Source: Psychrobacter sp. DM4 (lineage in GTDB: Bacteria > Pseudomonadota > Gammaproteobacteria > Pseudomonadales > Moraxellaceae). From it: a stretch of 32,000 bases of DNA. Positions 16,946-26,390 of this stretch are shown here, one piece after another; position 1 is the first letter of the stretch, and each line of letters begins with the position of its first letter. Position numbers and translations under genes: made by a program. The stretch covers positions 2,280,001 through 2,312,000 of the forward strand of contig NZ_CP195536.1 in the NCBI RefSeq assembly GCF_051307035.1. The letters are read 5' to 3'. The notes beneath the pieces are model-generated. The model did not search any database and was not told the origin of the DNA. It saw only the letters and a program-made list of their open reading frames with translations.

Positions 16946-18496
16946 ATGGCAAAAAGTCGCTTGTTTCGTTCAACCATGGTGGTCAGTAGCATGACCATGT
17001 TATCGCGTATCTTGGGTTTGGTGCGTGATATTGTACTCTTAGGAGTCTTTGGCGCAGGCGGTCTGATGGATGCCTTTTTGGTCGCCTTTAAGATACCGAA
17101 CTTTTTGCGTCGTCTATTCGCTGAAGGCGCCTTTAGCCAAGCGTTTGTTCCTGTATTATCCGAGTACAAAGAAAAATACAGTCTTCAGCAAGTACAGATT
17201 TTGGTCAGTCGTACCTCTGGCGCGTTATTGTTGATTTTATCTATGCTAACGGTAGTCGTCATTTTGATGGCGCCGTGGGTCGTCACTTTATTTGCTCCCG
17301 GGTTTGCCGATCAGCCCAATAAATTTGCGATCACCGCTGAGCTATTACGCCTAACCTTTCCCTATCTATTATTTATATCAATGACGGCCTTTGCTAGCGG
17401 CATTTTGCAGAGCTATGGCCGCTTTGCCGCTCCTGCCTTTGCGCCCGTGTTATTGAACTTGTGTATGATAGCTGCCGCGCTTATCTTTGCGCCGATGTTT
17501 GATACGCCGATTATGGCACTCGGTTACGCGGTCGCCATCGCAGGCTTATTACAGTTTTTGCTTCAATTACCGCAGCTATGGCAACAAAAGTTATTGGTCG
17601 CACCCAAAGTTGACTTCAAACACGAAGGCGTTAAGCGAATATTGAAACTTATGCTTCCTGCTATTTTTGGTGTCTCTGTCACCCAGATCAATTTATTACT
17701 CAATACTATTTTTGCCTCATTGATGATTGGCGGTTCGGTCTCTTGGCTGTACGCCGCTGAACGCATGAGCGAGTTACCACTAGGTCTCATTGGCGTAGCG
17801 ATTGGTACGGTTATCTTGCCAAGTCTATCTAAAAGTGAGGCGCAAAAAGATGATGTGACCTTTAAAAAGACGATCGATTGGGCTGCTAGGCTTATCATTG
17901 TCGTCGGTCTACCTGCCGCTGCTGCCTTGTTCATTCTCTCTGATGTGCTTATGCAGGCGCTGTTTTTGCGTGGTGAATTTACCTTACGCGATTCACAGAT
18001 GAGCGGACTTGCTCTACGTAGTATGGCAGGCGGTATTTTGGGATTTATGCTGATCAAGATATTTGCTCCAGCATTTTTTGCCCGTCAAGATATCAAAACT
18101 CCAGTTCGCATCGGCATCGTTTCTGTCTTTGCCAATATGATATTTAGTGCGATTTTTATTGGTATTTTTTATCTGTTAGAGATTCCACTACATGGTGGTT
18201 TAGCGCTAGCAACGACAGGGGCGGCTTTTGTCAACGCAGGATTGCTCTATTACTTCTTACATAAGCGTGATATTTTTCGCTTTGATAGCCATTGGAAAAA
18301 GCTCTTTGCACAGTTTATCGTGTCCACTGCGGCTATGATTGCCGTCCTCTACATCATGCTACCCTACTTCCCAACAGATTCGGCGCAGTGGCAGCGACTC
18401 GTTGCCCTGCTTATCATGTGCGTGGTCGGTGCCTTGGTTTATGCGATCGTACTGCTAGCGACTGGCTTTCGCCCTCGTCAGCTCAAACATGGCTAG
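16946..18496 (+). CDS. murJ: Lipid II flippase MurJ (MviN)
   Basis: SSMTMLSRILGLVRD and FLRRLFAEGAFSQAFVPVL motifs in a 516-aa polytopic membrane protein. Confidence 0.93.
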   Translation: MAKSRLFRSTMVVSSMTMLSRILGLVRDIVLLGVFGAGGLMDAFLVAFKIPNFLRRLFAEGAFSQAFVPVLSEYKEKYSLQQVQILVSRTSGALLLILSMLTVVVILMAPWVVTLFAPGFADQPNKFAITAELLRLTFPYLLFISMTAFASGILQSYGRFAAPAFAPVLLNLCMIAAALIFAPMFDTPIMALGYAVAIAGLLQFLLQLPQLWQQKLLVAPKVDFKHEGVKRILKLMLPAIFGVSVTQINLLLNTIFASLMIGGSVSWLYAAERMSELPLGLIGVAIGTVILPSLSKSEAQKDDVTFKKTIDWAARLIIVVGLPAAAALFILSDVLMQALFLRGEFTLRDSQMSGLALRSMAGGILGFMLIKIFAPAFFARQDIKTPVRIGIVSVFANMIFSAIFIGIFYLLEIPLHGGLALATTGAAFVNAGLLYYFLHKRDIFRFDSHWKKLFAQFIVSTAAMIAVLYIMLPYFPTDSAQWQRLVALLIMCVVGALVYAIVLLATGFRPRQLKHG

Positions 18497-18633
18497 TTAT
18501 GGTTGCTTTAGATTATGATTTGTTAAACAGTAACTTTACCAAATAAGCACAAGGTTAAATCAATCACTGACTGCTAATCACAATGATAGTTGCCATAATT
18601 AATGACTTATTGAATAAAAACTTGAGGTGTACC

Positions 18634-19278
18634 ATGAAGCCAAATATAACAGTGAAATTGCATATGACTGCCAAAGCGTCATTATTGCCGCGATTGCCAC
18701 TACTGTGTACTACCGGTTTATTAGGTATGGTTTTTTTATTAAATGGTTGTAGCAGTAGTGATTCTAATGAGATAGCAATAGACGCTGATGATGTTCCTGT
18801 GATAGTCGATGATACCAATGGCTCCATAGATGAAACCATTACTACTGATGCGGAAATTTTAGAAGATGGTGGGCTAGCTGATAAGGATACGGCTAGCAAC
18901 CAAACCAGCATGCCAAGTCCAAGCGCTACTCCAGCACCGCCTTTAGCCGATCAGCCAAGTCTAGTGACCAATACGACTGAACCCAATAGTCCAGAGGATA
19001 CTGTGAAGCAAGCGCTGAATACCTTGTATTACGGTGATATTGAAGATGCGGTCGGCTACTATCAAGTCGATATGGCAAACTTTGAACAAGAGCTTGCCAA
19101 TACCCAAAGTGCTTTTCAGCAAACCGTAGAGAGCGTCACCATTACGGATACTCAGTACAATGACGACAAAACTATAGCCACTATCGAAGGCGAGCTAATG
19201 CTAAGGGGTCAAAGCGAGCCTGCGCCGCTCACTTATAGGCTCAAAAAAGTAAAGGGTCAATGGAAGATACTGGGTTAA
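18634..19278 (+). CDS. Lipoprotein, C-terminal DUF4878-like domain
   Basis: A GAGGTG RBS precedes ATG 18634. Lipobox is FLLNGC. An acidic/Thr-rich linker follows. The C-terminus ...LKKVKGQWKILG resembles small NTF2-like DUF4878 lipoproteins. The ORF stays open to 18583. Confidence 0.7.
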   Translation: MKPNITVKLHMTAKASLLPRLPLLCTTGLLGMVFLLNGCSSSDSNEIAIDADDVPVIVDDTNGSIDETITTDAEILEDGGLADKDTASNQTSMPSPSATPAPPLADQPSLVTNTTEPNSPEDTVKQALNTLYYGDIEDAVGYYQVDMANFEQELANTQSAFQQTVESVTITDTQYNDDKTIATIEGELMLRGQSEPAPLTYRLKKVKGQWKILG

Positions 19279-19285
19279 ATTTATC

Positions 19286-19918
19286 TCAAAGCTCGCTATT
19301 ACTATTAGGTTTGATAGCTAGTCCTAGCATCACTACATCAGCGATGAACCCATCCATATCACACACCTTTGGCATATATCCCCACTGCTCAAATCCAAGC
19401 TTATAAAACAGCCCTAAACTTGGCTGATTGTGAGCAAAGATAAGGGCGATGACATTCGTAATGCCTAGGCTTGGCGCTTGCGTGAGCATCCAACGGGCCA
19501 GCTCACTGCCTAGGCCTTTTTTATGATAATCTTTGTGCAAATAAATGCTCATCTCACTGCTGATATGATAAGCGATACGCGCGTACAAATCACTAAAGCT
19601 ACCCCAAGCGACAATCTGCGCTGTCTCTATATCATGATTTTCTACTTGCTCACTGTTTGTAGCGCTCAAACCGTTACGTTCAACTAAAGCTTTTACCACA
19701 TAAATAGGCCGTGTTCGGTTCTGGAGATGCTCATCAAACCAAGTAGCGCGCTCTTCGGTAGTTACCGGAGTTAAATTAGCAGTCGCTTGTTTGCCTGCAA
19801 TACTTTGATTATAGATCGCTAAGATAGCCGTCAGATCAGACCTACTCGCACGTTCTACTGTAAATTCATTATCAAGCAGAGCCTTTTTATTACCGTGTTC
19901 ATCCATAGTCGTTCTCAT
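19286..19918 (-). CDS. GNAT N-acetyltransferase (phosphinothricin/methionine-sulfoximine acetyltransferase-like)
   Basis: The pattern IYNQSI....AT..L.PV..EER..WF and the acetyl-CoA motif HKKGLGSELARWML resemble PAT/MddA-type GNATs, as does the C-terminal LGFEQWGYMPKV. Confidence 0.85.
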   Translation of the reverse strand: MRTTMDEHGNKKALLDNEFTVERASRSDLTAILAIYNQSIAGKQATANLTPVTTEERATWFDEHLQNRTRPIYVVKALVERNGLSATNSEQVENHDIETAQIVAWGSFSDLYARIAYHISSEMSIYLHKDYHKKGLGSELARWMLTQAPSLGITNVIALIFAHNQPSLGLFYKLGFEQWGYMPKVCDMDGFIADVVMLGLAIKPNSNSEL

Positions 19919-20058
19919 AAAATATGTTGGGGCATCTGGTTTTGAGTGTGAGGACGCTCATTTTACTTTATAATGACAAGTTTTGAACATATCAGTCGCT
20001 ATTTGCGCGGTGTTTTTATCTCATTAGTCTTATATTAGCTGCGATACCATAAACTCTT

Positions 20059-21102
20059 ATGAATACCTACTTCCTTGAGCAACTGATTGCGCCACCATAT
20101 GTGGCTGGTGACAGTGTTATCTCCACCAAGCTTAACGCCTGTGTGCTAAGCATTGGTAACTTCGATGGTGTGCACTTAGGTCATCAAGCGATGCTTGCCC
20201 AAGTTAGCGCATTGGCTAATGAACAAAATCTAAGCGCTGCGGTCATGATATTTGAGCCACAGCCGCGTGAGTTTTTTGCACCAGCAACAGCGCCTGCCCG
20301 CTTGACTACTCTAGCTGAAAAACAAGTATTGCTTGCCCAATATGGGGTCGATACTTTAATCGTTGCCAACTTCGATAGCGACTTTCGTGCTTTGTCTGCT
20401 ACCGCTTTTGCCGACCTATTGACTAAACATCTTAATGTAAAAGCTTTAGTATTGGGTGATGACTCTCGCTTTGGGCATGATCGCACGGGTGATAGTCAGT
20501 TCTTGCGTGATTATGGGCTACCGGTGACCAATTTGCACACTATCGCTGATAATGCCGATATGACTAGCACTAGTCAGCGCATTAGCTCGACGCGTATCCG
20601 TGAGCTACTACTAGCGGGCGATATCGCTTCAGCGAATCAACTACTGGGCCGAGAGTATACGATTACAGGTGACGTAGTAGGCGGCGATCAGATTGGTCGT
20701 ACTATGAATTTTCCGACGGCCAATATAGAGCTGTCGCGCCTCAAGCCTGCCTTGCACGGTATTTTGGCTGTCGATGTGGTTTGTCTAGATGAGACTGGCG
20801 AAGTTATTCCTGATGGCCTAACAGCGCTTGCAACTGATGCCCAGACAGGCGTTGGAGGATTACGCGCTCATAGCCTGTTTGGTACGGCCAATGTCGGTAC
20901 TAGACCGTCTGTTGATAAAGGTGATAATTGGCGCTTAGAGGTTCATTTTCCAAAGTTTCAAGCTGATCTATATGGTAAGACGCTGCAAGTACGATTTTTG
21001 CATTTTTTACATGGTGAAAAAAACTACGACGGTATAGAGGCGCTCAGAGCAGGCATTCATCAAGATGTCGTAGACTTATTAAATTGGCGACAAAATCAGT
21101 AG
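20059..21102 (+). CDS. ribF: Bifunctional riboflavin kinase / FAD synthetase
   Basis: GNFDGVHLGHQ nucleotidyltransferase motif, GDDSRFG, and a riboflavin kinase domain (NFPTANI, GTRPS). Confidence 0.93.
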   Translation: MNTYFLEQLIAPPYVAGDSVISTKLNACVLSIGNFDGVHLGHQAMLAQVSALANEQNLSAAVMIFEPQPREFFAPATAPARLTTLAEKQVLLAQYGVDTLIVANFDSDFRALSATAFADLLTKHLNVKALVLGDDSRFGHDRTGDSQFLRDYGLPVTNLHTIADNADMTSTSQRISSTRIRELLLAGDIASANQLLGREYTITGDVVGGDQIGRTMNFPTANIELSRLKPALHGILAVDVVCLDETGEVIPDGLTALATDAQTGVGGLRAHSLFGTANVGTRPSVDKGDNWRLEVHFPKFQADLYGKTLQVRFLHFLHGEKNYDGIEALRAGIHQDVVDLLNWRQNQ

Positions 21103-21120
21103 TAATCGAAATGCAGCGCT

Positions 21121-21155
21121 AAAAAAACCCACGACATATTTGAAGTGGGTTTTTT
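21121..21155. terminator. Bidirectional rho-independent terminator (ribF / DUF2789 gene)
   Basis: A7 - ACCCAC ... GTGGGT - T6, lying between convergent genes. Confidence 0.75.
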
Positions 21156-21179
21156 GATTATATACGTTTATTCTTGAAA

Positions 21180-21419
21180 CTAAGCATCTGGATGCATACG
21201 TACATTTAGATCATCGATAACCTCAACCCATGCAGCGTCTTTTTTCCATTCTTCTTGCAAAAATGCGCGCTGTGAATCAGTCCAAACGTTAGCACTAATG
21301 AGCTCTTCTTCTTTTGCCAATTGATTGTTTTCAACGAATATATCAATCGCTTCATCTGAGCTCTCTAAACCCAACTGTGCAAATAAATCATTCATAGTAT
21401 AATCTGGTTCGCCTAACAT
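21180..21419 (-). CDS. DUF2789 domain-containing protein
   Basis: 79 aa. DLFAQLGL.S....I..F, W...Q..FL.E and A.W.EVIDDLN match my recollection of DUF2789. Strong AAGGAGAG RBS. Confidence 0.75.
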   Translation of the reverse strand: MLGEPDYTMNDLFAQLGLESSDEAIDIFVENNQLAKEEELISANVWTDSQRAFLQEEWKKDAAWVEVIDDLNVRMHPDA

Positions 21420-21568
21420 CTGCTCTCTCCTTTTAGAGGACTTAATTTTTTATATTAGCCCTAATTGCTATATTAAGGTCTATTCATGTACAGCTTTATT
21501 GTAGCAAGCCTTTGACAAAAAACTGTAAGGGCTCGTTAAGTGTTTTGTTAAAACTGTCTTTTTGTTAA

Positions 21569-21600
21569 TCTTTAAATTTGCTAGTCTTTGAATTTGTTAG
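21569..21600. repeat. Tandem 16-mers TCTTTAAATTTGCTAG / TCTTTGAATTTGTTAG
   Basis: Adjacent copies match at 14/16. They lie in the 277-bp region upstream of the DUF2789 gene and downstream of mdh. Confidence 0.6.
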
Positions 21601-21641
21601 CCTTCAGAGTTACACGCTACGTTTTAGTAAGACGCTCTAGC

Positions 21642-21675
21642 AAAAAAACCCCGCTTACGAATAAGCGGGGTTTTT
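21642..21675 (-). terminator. Rho-independent terminator after mdh (also competent on the plus strand)
   Basis: Perfect 9-bp GC-rich stem CCCCGCTTA-CGAA-TAAGCGGGG, flanked by A7 (U7 on the minus strand) and T5. Confidence 0.85.
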
Positions 21676-21696
21676 ATTGCAAGCTACTAGCGCAGT

Positions 21697-22680
21697 TTAT
21701 GGCAGTAGATGTGATACCGCATCACGCTCTTCGCTAAGCTCTTGCTCAGTTGCCGCCATCTTCTCTTTCGAGAAATCTGATGACACATCAACGCCTTCTA
21801 CGATAGACCAGTCGCCGCCCGTACAAGTACAAGGAAAAGAGTAAATCAGGCCCTTAGCAATGCCATACTCGCCGTTTGAATAGACGCCCATAGAGACCCA
21901 ATCGTTCTCATCTGTACCCATCGCCCAAGTGCGCATATGTGCGATAGCGGCGTTAGCTGCAGACGCTGCAGAGGATGCACCGCGAGCTTTAATAATAGCT
22001 GCACCGCGCTGCTGTACGTTTGGAATGTAAGTGCCTTCGTACCAGTCACGATCGACTAGATCAAGTGCAGGCTTACCGTTTACAGTACAAGCCGTTACAT
22101 CCGGATACTGAGTAGAGGAATGGTTACCCCAAATGATCATCTTTTTGATGTCATTGACGGTACTGTCCGTCTGTTCAGCTAATTGTGCCATAGCACGATT
22201 ATGATCCAAACGGGTCATTGCAGTAAAGTTACGCGGATCCAGATCTGGTGCGTTACGCTGAGCGATAACCGCATTAGTATTTGCAGGGTTACCGACGACC
22301 AATACTTTGACATCACGGCTAGCAACATCGTTAAGCGCTTTGCCTTGAGCTGAGAAAATAGCCGCATTGGCTTCTAGTAAGTCTTTACGCTCCATACCTG
22401 GGCCACGAGGACGGGCGCCTACTAACAAAGCATAATCGATGTCTTTGAATGCAACCGTAGCATCGTCAGTTTGAACAATATCCGCCAACAATGGAAAAGC
22501 GCAATCTTCTAGTTCCATGACAACACCTTTTAGGGCGTCAAGTGCTGGAGTAATTTCGAGTAATTGCAAGATAACAGGTTGATCTTTACCTAGCATCTCA
22601 CCTGATGCAATACGAAATAGCATAGCATAGCTGATATTACCAGCTGCACCAGTGACGGCAACGCGTATAGGTTGTTTCAT
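21697..22680 (-). CDS. mdh: Malate dehydrogenase (LDH-like MDH, 327 aa type)
   Basis: [20 protein letters not shown] and [12 protein letters not shown] motifs. Confidence 0.95.
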   Translation of the reverse strand: MKQPIRVAVTGAAGNISYAMLFRIASGEMLGKDQPVILQLLEITPALDALKGVVMELEDCAFPLLADIVQTDDATVAFKDIDYALLVGARPRGPGMERKDLLEANAAIFSAQGKALNDVASRDVKVLVVGNPANTNAVIAQRNAPDLDPRNFTAMTRLDHNRAMAQLAEQTDSTVNDIKKMIIWGNHSSTQYPDVTACTVNGKPALDLVDRDWYEGTYIPNVQQRGAAIIKARGASSAASAANAAIAHMRTWAMGTDENDWVSMGVYSNGEYGIAKGLIYSFPCTCTGGDWSIVEGVDVSSDFSKEKMAATEQELSEERDAVSHLLP

Positions 22681-22832
22681 AGAATATTTCCTTAGTGATT
22701 GTCAAATATGGTCATACTGAACCTTTCAAACTGTGCGCTAGTGTAGCATCTCGCTCAATAAGACGTCTAGGTCAGATAGAACGGTCGTTTATAATTATAT
22801 TGTTACATTTTATACTTACGCTCAGCGTCGAG

Positions 22833-23465
22833 CTAATTACCACCAGAGATTATAAAATTGCTACCGCAGCTATTGATAGGAGTGCTACATTTGCCAAAAT
22901 CACTACCGTCATAACATACGTGAATATCCGTCAGAACAGATTGGCGGCGACCTGCTTGACAGATCAGATCTATGTTTGAAGCACGCATACCACTGTTTAG
23001 GCGAGTCATTTGCCTCAAAAAACGTGATTTTGAGACGGTATAGCTATTACCTGTCGTCAACTCACTTGGTAGTTTGAGGTTGCCGGCATAGTTAGTGATA
23101 AGGCGAAAATAGTTGTTAGCGCTGATCGGTCCGCAAGCACCATAATGCTGCCATGTCTGATTGCGTACTGTCGTATCAGGCATAATACGGTTGACGACCT
23201 TTAGTTGTAGTGGCGTCAATCGTGGCTCACTTACGCTACCACAGCTGGCACCATAGCCTAAATTTAAACCCGAGACAGTTAACGAGTAACCCTCCAAACA
23301 CTGGCGCATGCGAGCCCGTGTCGGCTGCAAATCACATAGTGCTGGTGTCATCTCAATCATAAGTACGCGCTGACCTGACTTCGTCACACTCGCCGCCTGA
23401 ACGGGCATAGATAGAACACCTTGTACTACCAAAAAGCCAAGCGCACCAATCGCGATATGACGCAT
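22833..23465 (-). CDS. Secreted RNase I / RNase T2 family homologue with non-canonical active-site motifs
   Basis: Signal peptide MRHIAIGALGFLVVQGVLSMPVQAAS. LTVSGLNLG sits where the family has (F/W)T(L/I/V)HGLWP, and WQHYGAC sits where it has EWxKHG(T/A)C. The C-terminal CQ...LT.I and CGSNFII resemble E. coli RNase I. The ORF stays open upstream to 23684, so the start is uncertain. Confidence 0.65.
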   Translation of the reverse strand: MRHIAIGALGFLVVQGVLSMPVQAASVTKSGQRVLMIEMTPALCDLQPTRARMRQCLEGYSLTVSGLNLGYGASCGSVSEPRLTPLQLKVVNRIMPDTTVRNQTWQHYGACGPISANNYFRLITNYAGNLKLPSELTTGNSYTVSKSRFLRQMTRLNSGMRASNIDLICQAGRRQSVLTDIHVCYDGSDFGKCSTPINSCGSNFIISGGN

Positions 23466-23837
23466 ACGATGATAAGAATAGTGATATGGCTTTATGGTGT
23501 CAGCGATTAGATTTGGGTGCGGTGTTGTCGTAAGTTTGGGATGCGCGTGCGTCAAGGCAAATGTCTGATATCTGCTCGATGCTATCAATGACTTAAACGG
23601 TTTTTTTATCATAATTAATAGAGTATTTGTTAGGCAATCATTATAAATCTGGATGCTAATAAAGAGAATACAGACGGCAACCAAATCAATGGTAGCAAAA
23701 CACTTTTTTTAGTGTGTATTACGAACGTAAGCAGTAGCTGCCATCAATTATTAAGCTAAAAACAACGGGGCAAGGAACCTATGAGTTATCATAGTGATAA
23801 GTGGATCTGACGTATTAATTAGTACAAAGTATTTGGA

Positions 23838-23871
23838 TAAAAAAGACCTTTAATAAAGTATCCAAGGTCTC
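23838..23871 (-). terminator. Rho-independent terminator after slt
   Basis: The minus strand reads AGACCUU - 13-nt loop - AAGGUCU followed by U6, 45 nt downstream of the slt stop. Confidence 0.65.
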
Positions 23872-23915
23872 TTTTATGATGTGTATCTTATGGTGTAAGC
23901 ATCTGCAACAACAGT

Positions 23916-26036
23916 TTAGAACGCCGCTGGCACCGTACCCATACGCTGAGTAATAGGCTGAGCGCGACCGAGTAGGCTGCTATATATAGTCGCATTTTCC
24001 ATGACGTGCTTGACGTAGTTACGAGTTTCAGGAAAAGCAATCGATTCGACGTACTGATCAGCTTCAAGTGACCCGTAGACAGGCTGCCAGCGTTTGGCAT
24101 TATTAGGGCCAGCGTTATAGCCTGCGGTTGCGAGTACTGGTTGATAGTTGAGCTTGCCTAAGATATCACCCATGTACCAAGTACCATAGCGAATATTGGT
24201 GTCGCCGCTGTTGGCGCGGCTTGCGCTATAGGTTTCACCTAGATTACGCGCGATATATTTTGCGGTATCAGGCATAACCTGCATAAGACCACTAGCGCCC
24301 ACGTTTGAGCGCGCTGAGGTCACAAAACGACTCTCTTGGCGCATGATGCCGTAAGCCCATGCAGGGTCGATACGAGCCTCTTGGCTATAGCGTACAACAG
24401 CGCTTTGATGCGGCATTGGATGAGACAAAGCAAAGCTATTAATTTGTTGAGTATTGTCTGCTGCGTAAATGGCGCGATCAAGCCAGCCCATATCGTGTGC
24501 TTGGCGCGCTGCTGCGACAATTAGAGTGTCATCACGGTTGTCACGGGCTTGTTTGACCGCCCAGTTCCACTCACGATTGGCATAAGCACGGCTTGCATCT
24601 GCATTGTAGAGTGCAAACGCACGGGCAAAGTTAGCATCCTGCATGACGCGCGCGCGGTCGCTATTACTAACAGTAGGTAAGTTACTACCTCCTAGGCGCG
24701 TAGTATCAAAGCGTTGACCGACTTTGTCCTTTGCCATTAGACCGTAATATTCGTGACTACTAGCAAGTTTTTGGTACATCTGTTTGGCAAGACCACGTTG
24801 ACCTGCGTCACTTGATTGCTCATAAGCGCGTGCCAGCCAATACTGCCACTGCTCCGACTTTTGTGTCTCACTATCCATGCGCGAGATGGCTGCAATGACA
24901 TCGTCCCAGCGACTAAAACGAATGGCTGCCATCGCATAATCCTCAGCTTCTTCAAAATTAAAATCGTCATCCAAACTATTACGGAACCAGTCTACCGCTT
25001 CACTATTGAACCCATCATCAGTATTATGGTTCATACGTTTGACACCGATGATGCGATAAGCATAGCGGCGCGTATCATCGTTTAGCAGTTTTGAGGCGCG
25101 CTGACTGTCTTGCTTGAGATCGAACTCTAGCTGTATGGCAGCTTCGCGGTAAGACTTATCAGCCAGACGCCCTAGAGCATACAGGTAGAGATACTGGTTG
25201 GTTTGGCTGGTAGACTCACGACCAAAACGACCAAAAAAAGCGGATGGATTAAGCTGAATCTCACTCAATGAAGAGTAAGGAATAGGCGTACCAAGACGCG
25301 ATGACAGCGCCATAATATCGCCCGTTTTACCAACGCGTAGCATACGCTTTAGACGAGACACGCGATCTTGAGTACTAATGAGTGCATTGTTGTTCATCTC
25401 CATCGCCAGCTGATCACATAGTGCAGGCTGCTTTTTGGTGGTGAGCCAGACATCAGACTTCGCTGCCATGGCGCGCATCGTGTCACCGCCGTTATTGAAT
25501 CCAAGGGCAACCGCGCAGCGCTCAGAGCTATCTGCATTGGTAATAAGATTTGCCACTTGTCGTACTGACGCATAATCATTAGAGCCCGCTTTGGTCTCAG
25601 CAAAGTCAGCGACCAGTTTTTCTGCCATAACCGTATTGGGATACTGACGAACAAACTGCGATATCGCTGCTGAACTTTGTGAATTTAGGTCAAGATTCAT
25701 GCGCCAATAGGTGGGATACATGGCAAATATGCCGCCGCTCATCGACTGCTCATAACCGTACAGCGCACTGGTATCACCGCGATTCTCCGCTTGAGCCGCT
25801 GCATTAAAGTCATTAATGCTACTATCAGTTTGATAGTTGCTGCTCTGTTGCATACTGTCCCCATCGCCCCAAGTCAGCTCAGCACAGGCCACTTGTGATA
25901 AGCCAAGCGCACTCATTGCGGTCGCCAAACTCAGTACGCTTAATCGCAGTGGTCTTGCTCCCAAGCGTCTGGATACCATAGGCAAAAGAGTATAGTTGTT
26001 TTTTTGAATAAGACGGGTACGGTTTGGCTTTATCAT
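23916..26036 (-). CDS. slt: Soluble lytic murein transglycosylase (Slt70-like)
   Basis: Signal peptide, a long superhelical U-domain-like N-terminal region, and a C-terminal SLT domain with GIMRQESRF, ASGLMQVMP and AGYNAGP. Confidence 0.9.
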   Translation of the reverse strand: MIKPNRTRLIQKNNYTLLPMVSRRLGARPLRLSVLSLATAMSALGLSQVACAELTWGDGDSMQQSSNYQTDSSINDFNAAAQAENRGDTSALYGYEQSMSGGIFAMYPTYWRMNLDLNSQSSAAISQFVRQYPNTVMAEKLVADFAETKAGSNDYASVRQVANLITNADSSERCAVALGFNNGGDTMRAMAAKSDVWLTTKKQPALCDQLAMEMNNNALISTQDRVSRLKRMLRVGKTGDIMALSSRLGTPIPYSSLSEIQLNPSAFFGRFGRESTSQTNQYLYLYALGRLADKSYREAAIQLEFDLKQDSQRASKLLNDDTRRYAYRIIGVKRMNHNTDDGFNSEAVDWFRNSLDDDFNFEEAEDYAMAAIRFSRWDDVIAAISRMDSETQKSEQWQYWLARAYEQSSDAGQRGLAKQMYQKLASSHEYYGLMAKDKVGQRFDTTRLGGSNLPTVSNSDRARVMQDANFARAFALYNADASRAYANREWNWAVKQARDNRDDTLIVAAARQAHDMGWLDRAIYAADNTQQINSFALSHPMPHQSAVVRYSQEARIDPAWAYGIMRQESRFVTSARSNVGASGLMQVMPDTAKYIARNLGETYSASRANSGDTNIRYGTWYMGDILGKLNYQPVLATAGYNAGPNNAKRWQPVYGSLEADQYVESIAFPETRNYVKHVMENATIYSSLLGRAQPITQRMGTVPAAF

Positions 26037-26254
26037 ACTGACTCTCTATATGGTATCGGTACAGATGCTTGGATGCGATGGCGTTTCACTAACGTTAAGG
26101 CGTTCATCATACTATAATCAAAGTACTTTCAACCATAGCCTTTACCTTTTATTAATAAATAGGATAGCGGCGCGTAACACGGCTGTGATAATAGACGGAC
26201 ATTCACAGTTATATTGTCACTGTTAGTGCTAAGCAATTGATACTACTATAAATA

Positions 26255-26273
26255 AATAATGATAACGATTATC
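26255..26273. promoter_or_regulatory. Candidate Fur box
   Basis: AATAATGATAACGATTATC matches 16 of 19 positions of the classical consensus GATAATGATAATCATTATC. It overlaps the -10 of a possible promoter (TTGATA, 17 nt spacer, TGATAA) that reads toward miaB. Confidence 0.55.
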
Positions 26274-26291
26274 TTAAACACCAGCATACTT

Positions 26292-26320
26292 TTCACTTTA
26301 ATAAAGGGTTGTGATAAAAT
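26292..26320 (+). promoter_or_regulatory. Putative sigma70 promoter for miaB (TTCACT, 17 nt spacer, TGaTAAAAT extended -10)
   Basis: Read from the sequence, about 70 nt upstream of the miaB ATG. Confidence 0.35.
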
Positions 26321-26390
26321 ACGCCACCTATTGTCTGGGTAGGCTATTATAATTTAGCCGCCTCGCTATATTTTGCTCAATCATGGACTT

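Noticed and set aside
18564-18911. 115-aa ORF antisense to the lipoprotein gene
   Set aside because: The plus-strand frame has an RBS, a lipobox and a recognisable C-terminal domain. The antisense product is Ser/Val-rich low complexity.
19276-19288. Convergent lipoprotein and GNAT genes whose stop codons lie only 7 nt apart with no terminator
   Set aside because: This is real in the sequence but common in compact genomes. It implies overlapping 3' ends and is not a distinct element.
23781-23810. 9-codon mini-ORF (MSYHSDKWI) with a good AAGGAA Shine-Dalgarno, followed by a hairpin
   Set aside because: It looked like a leader peptide plus attenuator. However, no downstream plus-strand gene exists because slt is convergent, and the hairpin is best explained as the slt terminator. 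The ORF is too short to support without expression data.
26190-26210. Second GATAAT-containing sequence (GTGATAATAGACGG) upstream of the Fur box
   Set aside because: Only the first hexamer matches the Fur consensus and the rest diverges, so it is not called as a site.
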